Source: Bacteroidota bacterium (GTDB taxonomy: Bacteria > Bacteroidota > Bacteroidia > Flavobacteriales_D > Sanyastnellaceae). From it: a DNA stretch of 43,955 nucleotides. Shown one piece after another: positions 43,145-43,955 of this stretch. The stretch is taken from positions 1 to 43,955 of the forward strand of contig JBEEPJ010000001.1 of NCBI GenBank assembly GCA_041191165.1, written 5' to 3'. The stretch's first letter is position 1; each line of letters begins with the position of its first letter. The notes beneath the pieces were generated by a model, which ran no database searches, had not been told where the DNA came from, and worked only from the letters and a program-made list of their open reading frames with translations. Both the position numbers and the translations under genes were made by a program.

Positions 43145-43955
43145 TTACTCGACCTGCAGGTTGAGTTCCCGTGGGGCCTCGACGGTGTACTTCAGTTCGC
43201 GTCGCTCGGCCTTGCCCGGCGCCACGCGGAAGTCCCAAACCACGATGCCCGTGCCGGCGTTGAGTTTGCCGTTGTCCAGCTTCTGATGGGTGATCTCGAT
43301 TTCCTCGTTGTTGGCGATGGGCACCTGGTCGTCGAGTTGGATGTGAATTTCGGCTTTTTTGCGGTTGGTCACGGTGAACTCGTACTGGCGCACGAACTTC
43401 TTCTTGCTGCCCGTGAGGTTGCTGTCGTCTTCCCGCAGGGTCCGCTTGCGGCGCACCTGGATGTTGGGGTCTGCCCCGAGGGAAATGGCCATGGTGTCCG
43501 TTTCAAATCCCAATTGGAGCATGCTCTCGCCCATGTAGTCGTCCTCGAAATAGATGTGCATGGGGCCGCTGATGAGGTCCAGCTTTTCCCAATCGGTAAG
43601 CAGCGCCGTGAGGTACACCTGGGGGTCGAGCTTGGGCGTGCACTGGTAGAGGTACTCGACGTTGAGGGAGTGGTTGAGGATGCGCACGGAATGTTGCAGG
43701 CCATCCGCCGTGATGTCCTGGCGGCCGGAGACATCGAAGCGGGTTTGGGTCGGCGATTCCGAGACGGTCACAGGCGTGTAGGCCAAATTTCCCCGGTAGT
43801 CCATTTCCTCATCGGCCATCCCCCGGGAAGAGAGCGCTTCCACTGCCATGGGTCGAGCTGCGTCCATGAAAAGAGAGGGCTGGTTGAGGTTGGGGCGAAA
43901 GGCCGCCGCCGGGGAGATGGGCATGAAGGACAAGTTGTAGGGGCTGAGCTGGGGC
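43145..43955 (-). CDS. C-terminal part of a DUF4139/MuiA-like (mucoidy-inhibitor-like) protein; the 5' end lies beyond the right window edge
   Basis: The open frame continues upstream of the listed Met to the window end. The C-terminal pattern ...V.N.......I.L.DQ.P........I.......G......G...W......PG......Y.V..P fits my memory of DUF4139 proteins. Family name is from memory only. Confidence 0.6.
   Translation of the reverse strand, partial: PQLSPYNLSFMPISPAAAFRPNLNQPSLFMDAARPMAVEALSSRGMADEEMDYRGNLAYTPVTVSESPTQTRFDVSGRQDITADGLQHSVRILNHSLNVEYLYQCTPKLDPQVYLTALLTDWEKLDLISGPMHIYFEDDYMGESMLQLGFETDTMAISLGADPNIQVRRKRTLREDDSNLTGSKKKFVRQYEFTVTNRKKAEIHIQLDDQVPIANNEEIEITHQKLDNGKLNAGTGIVVWDFRVAPGKAERRELKYTVEAPRELNLQVE

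Noticed and set aside
1-43955. Search for CRISPR arrays, rRNA, IS elements, prophage or toxin-antitoxin/defence modules
   Set aside because: I found no regularly spaced direct repeats, no rRNA-like conserved stretches, and no transposase, integrase, phage-structural or small paired toxin/antitoxin ORFs in any frame. Every gap between called genes is under 160 nt.

Overview
This is a compact, visibly high-GC chromosomal segment (GC not computed) that looks Bacteroidota-like. Four things support that lineage: a giant secreted protein ending in a gliding-motility/T9SS type-B C-terminal domain, two CarboxypepD_reg-type TonB-dependent receptors, an HU-like/SPOR protein, and exact TAnnTTTG (-7 type) boxes upstream of several genes. 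I call about 32 CDS (two run off the window edges) and one tRNA-Pro(CGG). I see no rRNA, CRISPR array, transposase, integrase or obvious defence island. Note that the ORF track counts TTG/GTG as M, so many listed ORFs carry false N-terminal extensions. I re-derived starts from the DNA. Most of the window is housekeeping: pgk, glyQS, gpsA, kdsB, dprA, rseP, PBP1A, scoAB, folB, gltX, ssb, sdhCAB and nfu. Genes are packed very tightly, with ATGA stop/start overlaps and convergent stops 1-7 nt apart. The most system-like locus is 31.6-37.7 kb. There a CI/XRE-HTH + S24 (non-canonical LexA-like) repressor gene is divergent from an operon of Y-family polymerase, SRAP/YedK and DnaE2. The shared control region contains palindromes and repeats. 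This is a variant of a known SOS mutagenesis cassette, not a wholly new system. Other items worth a second look are: a 4-Cys zinc-ribbon insert in the PBP1A linker; a translationally coupled amidohydrolase pair in which only one of three amidohydrolase-like modules keeps the HxH metal motif; a coupled HMA-domain protein/TonB receptor pair; an SSB without the acidic DIPF tip; and a roughly 28-nt element shared by two divergent promoter regions. I did not find convincing evidence for an entirely undescribed multi-gene system. All family assignments come from motif recognition by eye, not from searches.
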